Source: an uncultured bacterium
Lineage (GTDB): Bacteria > Babelota > Babeliae > Babelales > Vermiphilaceae
DNA length: 64,000 nucleotides
Assembly (NCBI GenBank): GCA_963727255.1
Contig: CAVSFC010000002.1
Span: 64,001 to 128,000 of the forward strand
Direction of reading: 5' to 3'
The notes beneath the pieces are model-generated. The model had not been told where the DNA came from. It saw only the letters and a list, made by a program, of their open reading frames with translations, and made no database searches. Below, piece after piece: positions 63,636-64,000 of the stretch. Both the position numbers and the translations under genes were made by a program. How positions within the stretch are numbered: the stretch's first letter is position 1; each line of letters starts with the position of its first letter.

Positions 63636-64000
63636 TCAGTCTTTTAATTGGCGCTCCACCGCAGCAAGCTGTTTGCGAATTGAGCATTCCCATACATGCT
63701 GCGTGCTTTGCAAGCGGATACCCGCGATTAATTCATCATCCTGCTCTTGCTTTATGGTAATAGTATGATTCGTTTTTTCGGCAAGAAACTGCTTAATAGT
63801 TTCTCTATCAGCATCGTCAAGCAAAATAGGTGTTCTTACTTCGAATAATTCTATTCCTGCTCGTTCTTCATAAAGCTGTACTATCCATCGAAGTATATCA
63901 TTAATCAGAAATGTTCGTTTTTGTGCGATTAGTACCGCGATCAATCGCCTAAAACTCTCAGGAAGTTTAAACCGCCCGATCAGATAATCCTCAAGAGCCT
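63636..64000 (-). CDS. atpH: F1Fo ATP synthase subunit delta (5' truncated)
   Basis: Directly upstream of atpA; DDELIAGIRLQ...CSIRKQL. Confidence 0.8.
   Translation of the reverse strand, partial: ALEDYLIGRFKLPESFRRLIAVLIAQKRTFLINDILRWIVQLYEERAGIELFEVRTPILLDDADRETIKQFLAEKTNHTITIKQEQDDELIAGIRLQSTQHVWECSIRKQLAAVERQLKD

Noticed and set aside
63082..63768. Long antisense ORFs (63082..63768, 39831..40391, 4639..5031, 30787..31224 and others)
   Set aside because: Shadow frames opposite well-supported genes.

Overview
AT-rich bacterial chromosomal segment (code 11). Its content (ankyrin, Sel1, Skp1-like and C2H2 proteins with signal peptides, chlamydia-type DMT transporters) suggests an intracellular parasite of protists, most likely Candidatus Dependentiae/Babelota (TM6). 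That placement is inference. Housekeeping genes (cysS, bamA, ftsL/ftsI, groES/groEL, rpe, atpH/atpA, msrAB, dps, trxA, pilC, six tRNAs) are interspersed with about 25 lineage-specific exported proteins. Many genes, including essential ones, carry single-base frameshifts that look like long-read errors. Main signals: (1) 18 otherwise unrelated candidate effectors share a signal peptide ending in [AGST]-Met-[Glu/Asp/Gln/Asn], including C2H2 zinc-finger, Skp1-ankyrin, PLD/Nuc and Inc-like proteins. (2) Several families of short palindromic repeats insert into each other, abut tRNA CCA ends and contribute codons to a gene. (3) Signal-peptide-bearing glycosyl- and methyltransferases are clustered with two DMT transporters. 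(4) A tandem family of exported proteins carries tail-anchor-like segments. No CRISPR array, rRNA, integrase or transposase was seen.
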